Shown: positions 39,409 through 52,276 of the stretch, in pieces
Layout of the letters: each line of letters opens with the position of its first letter
How positions within the stretch are numbered: the stretch's first letter is position 1
Source: an uncultured virus (IMG/VR IMGVR_UViG_3300048911_000077)
Lineage: Duplodnaviria > Heunggongvirae > Uroviricota > Caudoviricetes
Virus record (IMG/VR): IMGVR_UViG_3300048911_000077
Length of the DNA: 64,000 nucleotides
Direction: 5' to 3' (one strand)
Program-made: the position numbers and the translations under genes
The notes under the pieces: generated by a model
The model's input: the letters and a program-made list of their open reading frames with translations, nothing else
Told to the model about the DNA's origin: nothing
The model's database searches: none

Positions 39409-41533
39409 CCCACCAATCTAACTCTCTGACATGGTTTACAAAGCTACTGGCAGCTTCATAGCATACGTTGTTATCCGAATGAGTGAAGATGATGTCAACA
39501 ACAGGATCACCTAGTTCATATTCATAATGAACCTTAGTTGTATACCAATATGCGTTAAACAGATCAACTTGTTCTTCAAACAATCTCCAATCAAAAGGTT
39601 CAGCAACAATTGTTATCTTGTTCATGTATAAAGTTGAAGATTTAAAAGGAATCATCATTCACCACTCCACATATCTCGTTTAAATTCTCTTTGCTTGCTG
39701 TAGCCATTGCGCTTACCACTCTTATCACTATAATCTTCCATGTCTCGCTTAGAAGTCTTAACGAATTTCTGGAAGGATGTTTGTTCAGTGTATTGTTGGA
39801 TGTGTTTCATTTGTTTTGTTCCTTGATTTCACTTACAACGTAAAGGAGGGTACTATAAAATTCTGCAAAGTCCACGCCTTGTCAGTACCACTCATTATTC
39901 TCTGTGTCTGTAATCTTGTTTGCATAATAATCCACACAAAGTGTGTGCTCGACAATCAATTTCATTGCATGTTCATAGCTACTCATTTCATTTCCTCACA
40001 AACCCAAATTCCATTAGATTTATACAGCTTAGCCTTAATCCCCTTCTCAAGCAAGGAGAAAGCTTTAGTGAATGCTTGTGTGTTTGTCATTTTAGTATTC
40101 AACCCACTCCCAGAATTTTGTAAAAACATGGTAAAGCTCACCAGACACTTTCTTACCACCACGTTCACTAACCTCATCACCAATCTTGCACATAGGCCAT
40201 TGTTCAATAACCTCAAACTCTTCATAAGGATTATCTTCTTTGGGAACAAATTTACCTAGAACTTTCATCTCACACCACCCTATTCAAATCGTTAATGTTC
40301 CAATAACGCTTACCATCGATTGGAGTCTTAAGGCAAGCTTGTGTCTTGTTATGTTTATTGTAAGGTGATGACGACTTGATGTCAAGCCCATACGTACACA
40401 ATACCATAGCTGTAGAGGATTTATTTGAGACGTATACAATGTCATTTGGGAGGATGTTCATTTTATTTAATCCCCAAAGCTTTCATAGCTTTATCAAGAT
40501 AATAATCACTCTTTAATTCTTTTTCAACAAGTTTACGTTTAAGTTCAACAGAAACTTCTGGCAGTGTTGATTTAAGCTGTCGCAATGCTTTTTCATGCTC
40601 GATCTCAAGTAATTCAACAGCCTGTTTAATCTCAATTTCATCTTGAGCATCTTTACAGATGCAGGTGTAACCAGTTACCTCGTAACCACAATTTTCAGGT
40701 TGGATAGGAAAAGGTCTATTACCACAGTAAGCACAGTGATTGCCACGATAGTGTTTAGAAGTTTTTAACTCTTCATGCCTACTATCCCAAGACATTTTAT
40801 AACCATATTCGTCTTCCCCGTGTTTGCCTTCAAGCTTACCCACGAAAACCCGGTCAAAGAACTTCTTAGCTCGTTCATCAATGTGCTTTGGAAAAGTCAT
40901 TTCAAAGATCCTTCAAAGATTGGGTGTATGTTGCTACTTTGTGCTTGTAGTGTACAACCAGCTTATATCCTTTGCAAGCCTTTTGTAAAAATACTTTCAG
41001 GCAATTTTCATCACTCAAATCGTCGATAATGCCCACTCCACACACGGAGTTAGCTGAATGGCTATCGTTGATTTCATAGGCTAATTCTATCGGTAATTCG
41101 TCTTGTTCAACTGATTCTTGGACAACACCACCAGCTTTTACATACAACTCCCAAGCTCTTGCTCTCTTCTTATCAAGGATTGTCTTGAGTTGGGTATATT
41201 CACTATAAGATATTCTATTAGAATTATACTCTTGATTGAGTTCTTCTATTTGAGTGTCAAGTGTCAGAAGTCTGCGTTCCTGTGGAATAATGCGGTCACG
41301 AAGTGGGGTAGATGTTTTGCGCTTGGTTGAGGCCTCTGTGTTATCGCCGTATTTTGCAGTGTTGGCCTGCCCATTCTTTAAGAAGTGAGATGCATCACGA
41401 GAAGCACCCAACCGATTACCCATAAGCTGTTCGCCGCTATAGTCATAGCTGTCAGCGTTTGCCCAAGAACCAATCAAGTACTGTCTCATGTTACACCTCA
41501 AAGCTTTGTTGTGTCGATGTACAGATTTTATAG

Positions 41534-42595
41534 CTAATCTAGACCCAAGTCAATAGCCTTTCCTCCAAAATTTTCATAAATTTTAGTTATATTATCGTAG
41601 TAATGGGTGTAAGTTGTCTCTGTGTAACCATCCGGTAACATCTCTTTGGAGAAAATTACACAAGGAAGAGTATTTTTGCAATACCTCTCTGCATTTCGAC
41701 AGTCCCCAACAGAATTAAACTCATAGACAGAAGCCAACCTTATGGTGTAATCCTTATTTCTTTTAAAATTCCTATTTCTACTTACAGAATTTACAGATAT
41801 TCCAAACTTTAAACCTAAGATTAAATCACCAGCAAATACTTGATTTATGTAAGCCTGTTTTTGATTGAATCCCCAACTGCACGCACAGCCCACCTTACCC
41901 ATCTGAAGAGACGCGCTCGTTGATTGAAATGTAACAGCACATCGTGAACAATACACCTCCCATCTCCGGACACTAGTAAAAGGTTTATATCCAATAAACC
42001 TAAAAGTAGTATCAACTTCAAATTTACCAGTTTTCATAAAGCTTTCTTTAAAGTAGGATTCATCCTTAGTTCTGGTAATTGCGCCAGCTTCGTTACCACA
42101 TTTTATACAGTTACCTTTATCTGTTGTTTGTGAAATTATGGCGCCAACTCTTGTTCCAACCCACTCCCCATGCACTAAACACTTGAGTCTAACCTCTGTG
42201 TCTGCTTTCTTGTAGGAACCATACCACCCTAAAAACTCTATTCCCAACCTATCAAGTTTTCGTTTAGCCAACACAACATACTGTGCTTCACTCCAATGAA
42301 CGTGGTGCGCACAACCACAGGGCATTTGAGGCTTGTCTCTAATTAGGGAGAATTTTAAACTCTTGAAATAACCTTCGCCGTACAGATCTTTGTCTTTGGC
42401 GCATTCCGAACAATGAAGTATATAGATCTTATCAGCCTTTCTCTTCCCGCTCCAACCAACCACACGTAACTGTTGATTAGCCCCGAAAGTGGGACCGTGT
42501 TTAGACCAATCGTCTTGGTGTAACTCATTTATAATTAGCTCATTTAGGTACAAATTTTTATTACTCCAATACAAAAAGCCCCACTTAAGGGGCAT
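41534..42595 (-). CDS. Putative homing endonuclease with Zn-ribbon repeats
   Basis: Multiple CxxC/C..HG repeats; C-terminal KFGIS..R...AE...LPDGYTET. Confidence 0.7.
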   Translation of the reverse strand: MPLKWGFLYWSNKNLYLNELIINELHQDDWSKHGPTFGANQQLRVVGWSGKRKADKIYILHCSECAKDKDLYGEGYFKSLKFSLIRDKPQMPCGCAHHVHWSEAQYVVLAKRKLDRLGIEFLGWYGSYKKADTEVRLKCLVHGEWVGTRVGAIISQTTDKGNCIKCGNEAGAITRTKDESYFKESFMKTGKFEVDTTFRFIGYKPFTSVRRWEVYCSRCAVTFQSTSASLQMGKVGCACSWGFNQKQAYINQVFAGDLILGLKFGISVNSVSRNRNFKRNKDYTIRLASVYEFNSVGDCRNAERYCKNTLPCVIFSKEMLPDGYTETTYTHYYDNITKIYENFGGKAIDLGLD

Positions 42596-42810
42596 TAATT
42601 TACAAGTCTATCTCTACAAGCTCTTTGCAATATTGCCACATTGTGAGCAACGAGTATTGCCACTAACCAGAATCATCAGCAAATACACTGGAGCAAACAA
42701 AAGCCCTGTGAATAACGTAAGCAACAGACCTACACAGTGCCCACCACCCGACAGACCAGACTTAACCCCAATCTGCACACCACATGATTTGCACTTGCAC
42801 ATTTTAAGGC

Positions 42811-43131
42811 TCATGACTCCTCTCCAAATTTAATCACTTGTTTACGGTGATGAATCTCTATTACACCATCAATGTTTACGGTCCTATAAGCTTGAGCATC
42901 CATTGAATAAGTTGGAAGCAGATCAGGCTTATTTGCACACGGGTTTACATTTCCATTGGAATACTTCTGAACATTCTGGCGACATTGCATCTTACGAACT
43001 TCACCCGTAGTCTTTTTGACAAAGACAACAGTATAAAATTCTTGATCGACAATGTTATTCACGTAATTACGGATTGCTTCACGTTTTTGTTCAACAGTGC
43101 AGTTCATCATTTTATCCTCAGTAAACACCAA
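42811..43131 (-). CDS. SH3/WYL-like fold protein, putative
   Basis: VVFVKKTTGEVRKM...Y.MDAQAYRTVN. Confidence 0.5.
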   Translation of the reverse strand: MVFTEDKMMNCTVEQKREAIRNYVNNIVDQEFYTVVFVKKTTGEVRKMQCRQNVQKYSNGNVNPCANKPDLLPTYSMDAQAYRTVNIDGVIEIHHRKQVIKFGEES

Positions 43132-43612
43132 CAGTGGTGATTAATTTATAAACCTCACTGTTAACATCGCTCAATTGGGCAATCTTGTGAAGGACATTCA
43201 TAAGCTTTTGTTTTTCTTCACCTAGAATTTTAAGAGAGTATTCAAGGTTTGACACATCGCCTACAGCAGCACACTCATAAGCCAAACAAAGGTCAATAAG
43301 CTTATTAGCATCAACATAAAGCATTTTAGGCTTTCCACCTTTACCTTGGTCTAACCTATAGAATGCCTGAGCTTTAAAGTCATCTGAAATTTCTTTGGCT
43401 GCGAACATGATCTTAAGCCTCTGTAGCGTAGTTAACACGAACACAGTAGCGCACTGCCCCATATTTCAAGTCAAGCTTGTTAGCCTGATTACGGGCTCTC
43501 GCACGATCATTGTATGGTTTACCAACCACTACTTTGGTTTGAATGTCAACGATGGAGAAGGTCATGGCTTTGATTCCTATCTGTAGAAAGGCTTTTCCTT
43601 TCCTATGGCTTA

Positions 43613-43640
43613 AGTATACCCCACACAGAACCCATGTCAA
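43613..43640 (-). promoter_or_regulatory. sigma70 promoter
   Basis: TTGACA-N16-TATACT. Confidence 0.7.
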
Positions 43641-44551
43641 CAATTTCTTTTCACTTTAATCCAAACTCTTTAGCACATTGCTTCATAAGATCCCCTAATG
43701 AACGTGAACGAATCAATAGAGAATTTCTATTATCTACAGCTCCATCATAGATTCCCCATTGATTCTCTTTCAAGTCTTTGTGGACAGTGAAGCCACTGTC
43801 TTTTAGTTGGGATAGGATAGAGCTGGCGAATGTGTGTCGCATGAAGTAGTCTCAACCCGCCCAAGTGTAGGTGTTCTGTGTCTCTGATTCTAGGTGAATC
43901 GCTGAACACTCTTTAATAATTTCTTCATACAATCTAGCGCCCTCATCGGACATACCACTTTCTACTTGATCTGCCATAGACAGACCTTTTGCATGAAAGG
44001 TTAATTCTTCCATATCGGCACACAATTTCAAAAGCTTCTTAATTGGCACATTCATCTTCTTTCTCCTTAATAATATTCCACTGATCATGAACATAACAGC
44101 ATCCACGATAATAATCAATATCTGAACTAGTCTCCAAACCCCAATCTGTTGGCATCATACACCAAGTCTGAAAGATTGTATTCAAAGCACTTTCTCCAAG
44201 CTCACATGCATACTGAGCATCTGACAAGGCTTCGATGTATGCTTCGCTTTCTTGACACACTTCTAGATGTTCTTGGAGGATTTGTTTTAGGGATTGTAGG
44301 GGAGTCATTTGATTAGTTTCTCGTCTTCTGCACCACGACTGCGCAGCTTAAGGGTTTCACTGTGACCATAACAAGTCTTGCCATCAAAGAATCCTGCTGC
44401 AATAGGTGTACGTTTGATTCGGTTCCAATTTCCACCTGACTGATCTTTAATACGTGAAACCATCTCAGCAAAACAATCGTGATGAATTTGTTTATCAAAG
44501 ATAAAAATGTCCTGAACACCTTGTTCTGTTTCTGTCACAATGTACTTCACC

Positions 44552-44926
44552 TTATCTCTCCTCAATCCCACACTCAATTGCACTGATAAAGCCTACATCC
44601 TTAATCAAACTCATACAACTAGGACAAGGCCAGCTATCAAGAAGCTTACCACATCTGTTGATTCGTGCAATGATTATTTTGCAATTCTTCTGGTTAAATT
44701 TAGCTGCTGAAACGATAGACCTAACCTCACTATGGAGGTAACAGCGAGCTTCACTAAAACCGTTCTTGACAGAGTATTTCCTCTGCAAAGGGTGTGTTTT
44801 GACGAATGAATTAGGGTAGGCTGACAGGAGTTTTCCTTTCTTATTTACAACACAAGAGAAGACACGTTCATTTCCCTTGACATAAGGAATCTTTTCTGCC
44901 TGTTGTCTAACCCACTCGATATTCAT
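44552..44926 (-). CDS. Zn-dependent deaminase-fold protein
   Basis: LHSE...PCPSC. Confidence 0.75.
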   Translation of the reverse strand: MNIEWVRQQAEKIPYVKGNERVFSCVVNKKGKLLSAYPNSFVKTHPLQRKYSVKNGFSEARCYLHSEVRSIVSAAKFNQKNCKIIIARINRCGKLLDSWPCPSCMSLIKDVGFISAIECGIEER

Positions 44927-46827
44927 TCGGGTATGTTCAAAATGAAGGCCGCATAATCTTTAATTCCACGAGTAAATTGAACTGTTGAATTCACTGACAT
45001 TTTTTCTTTCCCATCAAAATAAAACTTTACAAGCTCATACCCATAGAGTTTAGAAAAGTCATACCCATCTTTGTACATTTGCTCTGCATAAAGCAACCCT
45101 TTAAACCAATCAGACCCTTCTTTTAATTTTCTCATCACAAATGCCCTATTTATATTCCCTAACAATCAACCTTCCAAGAGAATACACCACACTCACCACC
45201 AACACAAGCACAATACACACAAATAAATTCGATAGTGAAACGAAGATAGCCTTAAAGAGAACAACAATTGCTCCCAAGGCTATGATAGATGTGAATAGAA
45301 TAATGAATATTGTTGTTATATCTTTTAGGAGTTTCATAGTTAATCCTCAATACTTTCAATAATCCTTACCGTATCGAATACTGACGAATAAACAAAATCT
45401 ACTTTTGATTTATACTCTGCAAAATCTTTTTGTGTCTTCTCCAATTCTTTACTAAGCTTAGTTCTCTCCTTACGAATCTTTTCTAGGTTAGCTCTAAGAT
45501 TACCAACTTCTTGTTTAAGGTCATTAATCTCAGTCATTTCAGTTCTCCTGTTTCACCGGACTGTTGATACTTTGGATAAGGGATTGGAAAGACACCTGTG
45601 AAGGTTCGTGTTTTTTGCGTAAGGATATCTCTGCCCATATAGCCTCAACACCTTCAGGACTAAATTTGTTTACTTTCGGTGAATCTAGTAAATAGCCATA
45701 GTTACCAAACTTGGCTGTATGAGAATGTCGTCTACCTGTGATCCTGCAAACAGCCACTTCACCTTTTTCAAGAATTTTATATACAGTATATTCGCCATTA
45801 TAATCCGGCAAAGCTTGACTCTGTAAAATAACAACCTCACCAACCGAATATTTAGGATTCATTTCAAGTCACCCCCTTCAATCATCTCTTCCACATAGTC
45901 CATAGCAGCCTCTGCAGAGTTAAACCTTGCATCTTTCAAAGCTGATTTTGCATTGATTAGTTCTATACTCCCGTCCAAGCTAGTTTTAGCTTTAGTGTAA
46001 GCTTGTTCTGCTTGGCGGAGTGTGTCACGTAATTGTAGGATGTTCATGGTTAATTGACCTTAAATAATTAATTGCGGGAACCCTAGAGGGTGTTCAGATG
46101 CATCAATGTAAATTGGCCCTTCCCAAGAACCAGAAGATAAGCCTGGAAGATTATTACTAGCAGTTAGATTTTTAACATGCCCCCTTAGCGAAAACATAGA
46201 ACTATGATCAACCCATTCAAGCTCACCTTCATAACCCCACTTACCGCTTGGTTTGAAGTATAACAGCTTAATTTTACTCATTCTTTATCTCCTTCAATAG
46301 CAATCGTAATAAGAGTGTTCAGTTCATCAGAAGTGCATTCTGTCGTTCCCATAGCATAATAGAACTCTTGCCAAGCTGGTGAGAGACATTCCCATGCGAT
46401 TTGGCAATGGGCTACAAACTGTAGCCATTTCTGTGCGTCTAGGATCTGTTGTTGGGATGCTTTGACGGATACAGCGGGAGATTTCTTAGGCGACTTCATC
46501 TATTACCTCCCATTTACCATTCTTGAGTTGGTTAATTTCAGTGTAAGTCCGAAGTACTGTATAAGGTCTTGTTGAGTAATCATACTCCTTACTTTTCTGA
46601 TAGTAGTACAAAGCTTTCGCATCTTCACAAGCAACACCAACTTCTACCTCAGAAATTAAATACCGATGGTATCCGTCTTCATTTTCTTTCTTAGTTTCTT
46701 TACAAGCGGCTTCTGTCGCAGTTGGAATATCAACATATAGACCAAGAATTTCATGCCTGTAAACCCCTTCTCGTGTCACAATATACATTTTCATAACATC
46801 TCTCCTCAATATTCTGTGTGTAGGGAT

Positions 46828-46856
46828 AGCTTAGGTGGTTTTTAGGGGTGTGTCAA
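46828..46856 (-). promoter_or_regulatory. sigma70 promoter
   Basis: TTGACA-N17-TAAGCT. Confidence 0.65.
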
Positions 46857-49222
46857 GGATTATTCTTCAATAATCTGGTACTCACCATCAAATAACAAGA
46901 AAGGATCACCCACAGCGTCAATGATTGTCAGCCCTTCCTCATTAAATTCATCTACTTCATAAATTTCACCAGCAAGAACATCGCCAAGACTAATATTAGA
47001 TTTAATTTGAGTCATTATCTTTATCCTCACGATCCAACTCTTCTAATTGCTGAAGTAGTTCTTGCTTCTTTTTGTTTCTTTTATATTTATTAAATTGAAC
47101 TGTTTCAGGATTATTTGGTTCAAAGATATGCATACACATTAGATAAAGCTCTTGTACATCATCCTCTTCCCAATACCATTTTAGTTCAGCTAGACCATCC
47201 ATAAACTCATCATACTTATCTTCAAAAGTTTTCATGATTTCTCCTTACTATCTATAAAGAATTTACACCCATTCTCATTCATCTCTTTACAAGCTACAAT
47301 CATGCATAAGTAACTCTGATATTTCACAAGAGGGGTTTGTAGGTAGCGTTGACATTTATGTTTTACGGGGCAGGATGTGCCTTCACATTTGGATAGGTTT
47401 TTCATTTCAATTATCCTTTGAACCTAATTGTAGATATCGTTTATTGTAATAGTGGGCATCTTCTGGTGTATATTGATTACCACGAAAATCTGTATAGTCC
47501 CAATGTTTACCAAAATCTTTATACAAATCCTTTGATACATCAAACTGTTCTACAGACACAGTTCCTCCTTGATCATAGTAACCAGTTCCAGAAGAGTGTA
47601 CAAGCACCTCCACAATAGCTTCCTGATCTTGTGTTTCAAGCCACTTGATAAAATCTTTAACCAGCATTTCACACCTCCCAAATACGTTGAATTGACCAAC
47701 ACAGTCTATCCCACAGAGAATAGCTTTGCAAGGTTTCTAGGGTACTTTTTACCGCATAACCTGGCTTAATATAGGCTTCGTATAGATAGTTTGGAACTTC
47801 CCATTGACCTTGTTTGTATTCTCCTACAAGGGTATCTAATTTCCAGTTGCTGACATTCCGATAATATTGATTACCATACTTGTAAGCTCCACATAAATTC
47901 ATAATATGTTCACAGTCTTTTGTTGATACTAGTTTCATTTTCATTAACTTTCTCCCGTGATGTGGAATACATAGCTATACCAAAGCATAATACAGCAAGA
48001 ATCATGCTTGTCAATGCCCTAGCTTCCCATTTGTGGTATGACCTGAAAGAGCTTGGTAGGTCACTAATTTGCATAAAGATTAGTGAGAAGATGAATAGGA
48101 TGAAGCCAATTGTCCATAGGGTTGTGATCATTCTATGACCCTCTCACCAACATATTCCAAGGCATCACACCGAGCAAGACAAGCCTGAGCACCTTCTAGG
48201 TCATAATAGCCCCAACCATCATAACGATGAATAGAATTATTTCCTACATGAAAGCAAGGATTGTCCCACCAAATCCACAAGGCTTTATACTGAACGACAT
48301 AACGTGTCATTCCTGCGTATTGTTTCTCTACGATTCGTCGTTTAGTTTTAGTCATTTTCACTCCCTAAAGCATTTTTAAAAACAAAACATTCTTGACAGG
48401 CATATACAAACAATCTCTGTTCAGTTCTATCCTCTGGATAATCACGTTCAAACGGATGACCAGTTGACTTAGCCTCAAGTCCTGCTGTCTGTAGCTCTTT
48501 ACCACAAGCTGTGCATAGTGGTGTAATTTTAATACTAATTGTGTGGGTCATTTATTATTCTCCAAATACTTAAAATAAAGTGATGGGTTACGTTCTGTAT
48601 GAAAGTATTCCCAAATTCCAGTCTTCTCATAATGCCTCAGAGTAAGTAGACTGTCCAACACTGTAATCTTATATCTACCACCATGAAACCAGTATTCAGG
48701 GAATAACGCAAGATATTCTTCCTCTGTATATTTTGAGAGGAATTCCTTGTCATGTTCGTGAAGCTTTCGACCTGATAAATATTTCTCCCACCATTGGTGT
48801 ACAGGAGGATCATAGAAAAACTCAGGTATCCATTTTCTAAACCAAGAATCACTTAGCATAATTCCACTCCCACAATTCTCAGTTTAAATTTATTCACTTG
48901 CCACTCATCATAAGCCAAGAAATGATAGCCTGATTCTTTACTCCACACAAGCAATACTTTGTCAACGATGCTTTGGGATGTGTGTTCTCTGAAGTTTGCT
49001 AGGCTGTACATTAGTTTATAATCTCCAGTTTATTCTGCATTGTATGCACTTCTGAAAGTACCCTACTCGAGAATATATCCACTGTACGATCTTCATAACT
49101 ACCACCACCATTCCCGTAGCTAGGATCGTCCCAAACCTCTGTGGTCTTGGTGAGTGTGTAGAGTACATATGGCTTACCAAACCAAGGATTAACAATCTTT
49201 GATGTTACTTCATATTTAGGTT

Positions 49223-49723
49223 TCATATTTGTACCCATTCTGGCTGAATTCTGTTTGTCCACTCTACCTTAATTGGTTTGTCTCTGCAAGCCCAATCTGA
49301 GAATTTCTGACGTAAATATGCCTTGTATGCCTTGGTCTGATCAAACAACCCTAACCGCTGAAATTCCTCTGGCATACACATAGCAAACTGTGAGAGGCAT
49401 CCTTGCTCAATATTCTTGGGGACGTTGCTCAGCATACCTAAAAGCTCACTCGTTTTGTGTGTTTTACCTGTGCGGAAGGTGTATTCATTGCACAGGGCTT
49501 CAAAGTGAGCGTATAGCCATTGGTAATTGGCTGAGGTTGAGCGGGTCCACTTGCTAGAAGGGTGCCCAGAATGCGTAGGCTTATACCCTACTTGAATACC
49601 GTCAAGGCTGTGGTGAGCTGTGGACAATAATTGTGAGCTTTCCAGCACCATTTTCACCAGCAAAACGTTAGGTAGATTGTGTGCTGACTGAATTGGGCAC
49701 TGGTCAGATACAAAGATATTCAT
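49223..49723 (-). CDS. Pyrimidine-dimer DNA glycosylase-like protein (DenV-related family)
   Basis: MNIF...VKMVLESSQLLSTAH...TH..HP...W...EYTFRTGKTHK; start re-assigned to 49723. Confidence 0.7.
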   Translation of the reverse strand: MNIFVSDQCPIQSAHNLPNVLLVKMVLESSQLLSTAHHSLDGIQVGYKPTHSGHPSSKWTRSTSANYQWLYAHFEALCNEYTFRTGKTHKTSELLGMLSNVPKNIEQGCLSQFAMCMPEEFQRLGLFDQTKAYKAYLRQKFSDWACRDKPIKVEWTNRIQPEWVQI

Positions 49724-49808
49724 GATAAAGCTTCTATGTGAGTGGCTGATGTGAGAATCATACAGGCAAAAGAAAAGGCCGTCAAGCGGCCTGTAGGGTT
49801 TATTTCTA

Positions 49809-50219
49809 TTAATCACACCATCCCGGCTGTTCATGTTCTTTACGAGCTTTTGGAATACAATCTGCACAAGCCCTGCCTGCAAAACTGTAGCGATAAGTTT
49901 TATCTACTTCTTTCTTGCAAATACCACAAGTAGTTTCAGCTTTCAAGAATGTTTCAGGGTTGTATACTGTTGGTAATTCAATACACAAACCATCTGGAGC
50001 CCAAGCGTGTAGACTTACTTCATACTTCCACTTACCAACATCTTTACGAGTGATTGCAGAGATTACAAAACCATCACGTTTAAGCCTACAAGCTCGCATA
50101 GCTGGCTCGTTATCATAAGTTTGAGACAATTCCCATCCATCTTCTACAGCTGCTTGAATGAATGCATTAGCTGCTTCAAAGTATTTTACATCGTTTGTGT
50201 GACCGAATTCGTTAATCAT
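49809..50219 (-). CDS. Hypothetical protein with C-terminal Zn finger
   Basis: CGIC...CADC; GGAG RBS before MINEF. Confidence 0.6.
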   Translation of the reverse strand: MINEFGHTNDVKYFEAANAFIQAAVEDGWELSQTYDNEPAMRACRLKRDGFVISAITRKDVGKWKYEVSLHAWAPDGLCIELPTVYNPETFLKAETTCGICKKEVDKTYRYSFAGRACADCIPKARKEHEQPGWCD

Positions 50220-50385
50220 TTTAATACTCCAAATCGTCAGGTTTAAAAACATTCTCAGGATAATAATTCACATCAGGCATGCTTTCAACAAAATCTTCTG
50301 GTGTTTTGTAATCATAGTCGTCAATGAATATCGATATTCATATATTAGACAAAATAAAAGTGCCTGTCAAGGCACTTGTGTGAAA

Positions 50386-50697
50386 TTAATCTCTATATTT
50401 TTGCAGATACTCTAAGTCCCATAAAATCTGGGCGTCCTGATTAAACAATACAAAACCCAGTTTCATTATATCGTTGATAACCGCCCTCTCTATTTTAAAC
50501 GCATCACTCTCAGATAAGTTCTCAGCAGCCATATGAATATTAAAATTACTAGATCCGTACTCCAGTAGTGCTTTGTTAATCATTGGGTTATGACTTTTAC
50601 CTGATGTACAATGAAGATATCTAAGATTCTTACCCTTACCGACATAGACCGGATTTTGATTTACATAACAAACATAAACGTAGTATTGATTTTGCAT
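50386..50697 (-). CDS. Small GIY-YIG nuclease
   Basis: YYVY...VYVGKGKNLRY.H...A...E...FN; similar to 32705..33283. Confidence 0.8.
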   Translation of the reverse strand: MQNQYYVYVCYVNQNPVYVGKGKNLRYLHCTSGKSHNPMINKALLEYGSSNFNIHMAAENLSESDAFKIERAVINDIMKLGFVLFNQDAQILWDLEYLQKYRD

Positions 50698-50760
50698 TTA
50701 CTTCTCTTATCATAACACCTCAGTTCTAACAGTTTTATAGGTTTAGTTAATATTAATAGA

Positions 50761-51235
50761 TATTAGATTTACAATTCCTAATCAGTTCAGGAAGATACCA
50801 GATAGAGCTACCCTATATAATTCCAAACAGTTTAAAAGAAATACACTAGATAATGTATTGTCTCTCTGTTAACCCTTCGGCTAACACTGCATTAGGAATC
50901 ATATAGGCTCATACCTGATTCTTCCTTCACTGCCCTATGAAAACACTTACGTGCCTTCCTAATTCAGACGAGGGTAGAATAGCTGCATGTGGACAGCTCA
51001 CAATCCACCATAGGTAGTAGTTTGTGCCAGAGAACAGATCACGGTAAAATGCTGTTCTTATCTATCGTTCTCCCTTTACCGGGAGCCAGTACGCCGACTT
51101 TAGATTACGAGCTACGGCTGTGTCTAGTACCATTCCTTTTACACGTTTTAATACAGAGCCAAGCGTTGTAGTCCCGACAAACCCTGTACGATTAATTCAA
51201 ATGTCATCGCTGTTAGATGAATTAAGTATGTATTG
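50761..51235 (-). ncRNA. Large structured non-coding element B (paralog of 19398..19835)
   Basis: No credible ORF; many stems and a loop-loop complement; shared blocks with element A; TACAAT -10 at 51249-51244. Confidence 0.55.
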
Positions 51236-51309
51236 TCTCACGAATTGTACATCAATTTCAAGGTTAAATATTCTTTTATTTAGCTGATCTGGAGAATATT
51301 TGTCTCTTA

Positions 51310-52141
51310 TTAATCCTCAATACCATCATCAAAATTCCTACGAATCAAATACTGTTTCCACTCTTCACTCACTTCATAATCTTTCTTTGTGTGGTTGTCG
51401 AAGAAATACATAGCCCAACCACTACTGCTAATGATACCACCTTCACGGATAGGTTTATCCCAAGATTCCTCCACATTCAACACTTCACCTTCTACGTATG
51501 TTGAGGCTAGGTATCGGGATTTACTCAACACAACAGAGGAGTATCTCTTTCCTGAGTGTAAGTGTGTGACGTACCAAGCTTTAAGGTTATTCATTTCAAC
51601 ACCCTTTCAAGCTCTATTTCTTCAACATACATTTGTGGATAGAACTCTTTAAAAGTTTTCTCAACATCTGTTTTGTTTTTACCTTCAATCTCCACTGTGA
51701 AGCTCCATCGCGCATCTGTAAAGAACACTGTATAAATATTCACATCAATCTCCTTCCATTACTAGATAATTCTCTGTAGTGAAGATTAGTTCTTGGTATT
51801 CATTAATCAGATCGCTAAGTGCAGAGTGAACCGCCGTAGGGTAGTCTTCCAGTTCTACCGATAACTGTACACAAAGCTCCATTGTTGAGACAAGGGTCTT
51901 GTAAGCTTGCAGGTCTTCACTGTGTATACGTTTCATTACACTCTCCTTTCAGGTGTTCTGTGGTAATGCAAAGTTTATTGAAGATATCATACTTGTATCG
52001 GTTTTCTACAACCATCTTGCTCTCCAGCCGCCCCTTTCGACACTCAGCCTTGTAAAACTCCCTTTGCTGTTCAAGGTATGAAACTAGTCTTTGGTACTCT
52101 AGTTCGTAGTCCATTGCCTTTCTCCTCATCAATTTATTCAA
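51310..52141 (-). other. Small hypothetical genes (51310, 51745, 51917 and a short ORF)
   Basis: Co-oriented ORFs behind the 52150-52178 promoter. Confidence 0.6.
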
Positions 52142-52149
52142 CAGCCCTC

Positions 52150-52242
52150 ATAGTACCCAACAAATCCACAGGAGTCAAGAGGAAATACAGAGAAATTATT
52201 TTGCATAGGAGTGTTGACAGGTGTGGGGATGGGGTGTAATCT
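52150..52242. promoter_or_regulatory. Divergent sigma70 promoter pair at the strand switch
   Basis: Minus TTGACT-N17-TACTAT (52178-52150); plus TTGACA-N17-TAATCT (52214-52242). Confidence 0.75.
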
Positions 52243-52276
52243 TGGTCTACGTTAATCAATAGGCGGGAGAGACAAC

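Larger units (their letters stand above)
34937..41501 (-). other. Array of small early hypothetical genes (e.g. 34937, 35191, 35881, 36401, 36750, 37209, 37632, 38139, 38351, 38539, 39136, 39395, 40270, 40463, 40902)
   Basis: Co-oriented 50-200 aa ORFs punctuated by near-consensus sigma70 promoters. Confidence 0.65.
42614..49226 (-). other. Array of small early hypothetical genes
   Basis: About 25 tightly packed co-oriented ORFs of 50-125 aa. Confidence 0.65.

Noticed and set aside
39777..40259. 160-aa ORF on + in the early array
   Set aside because: Antisense to several short minus-strand ORFs in a uniformly minus block.
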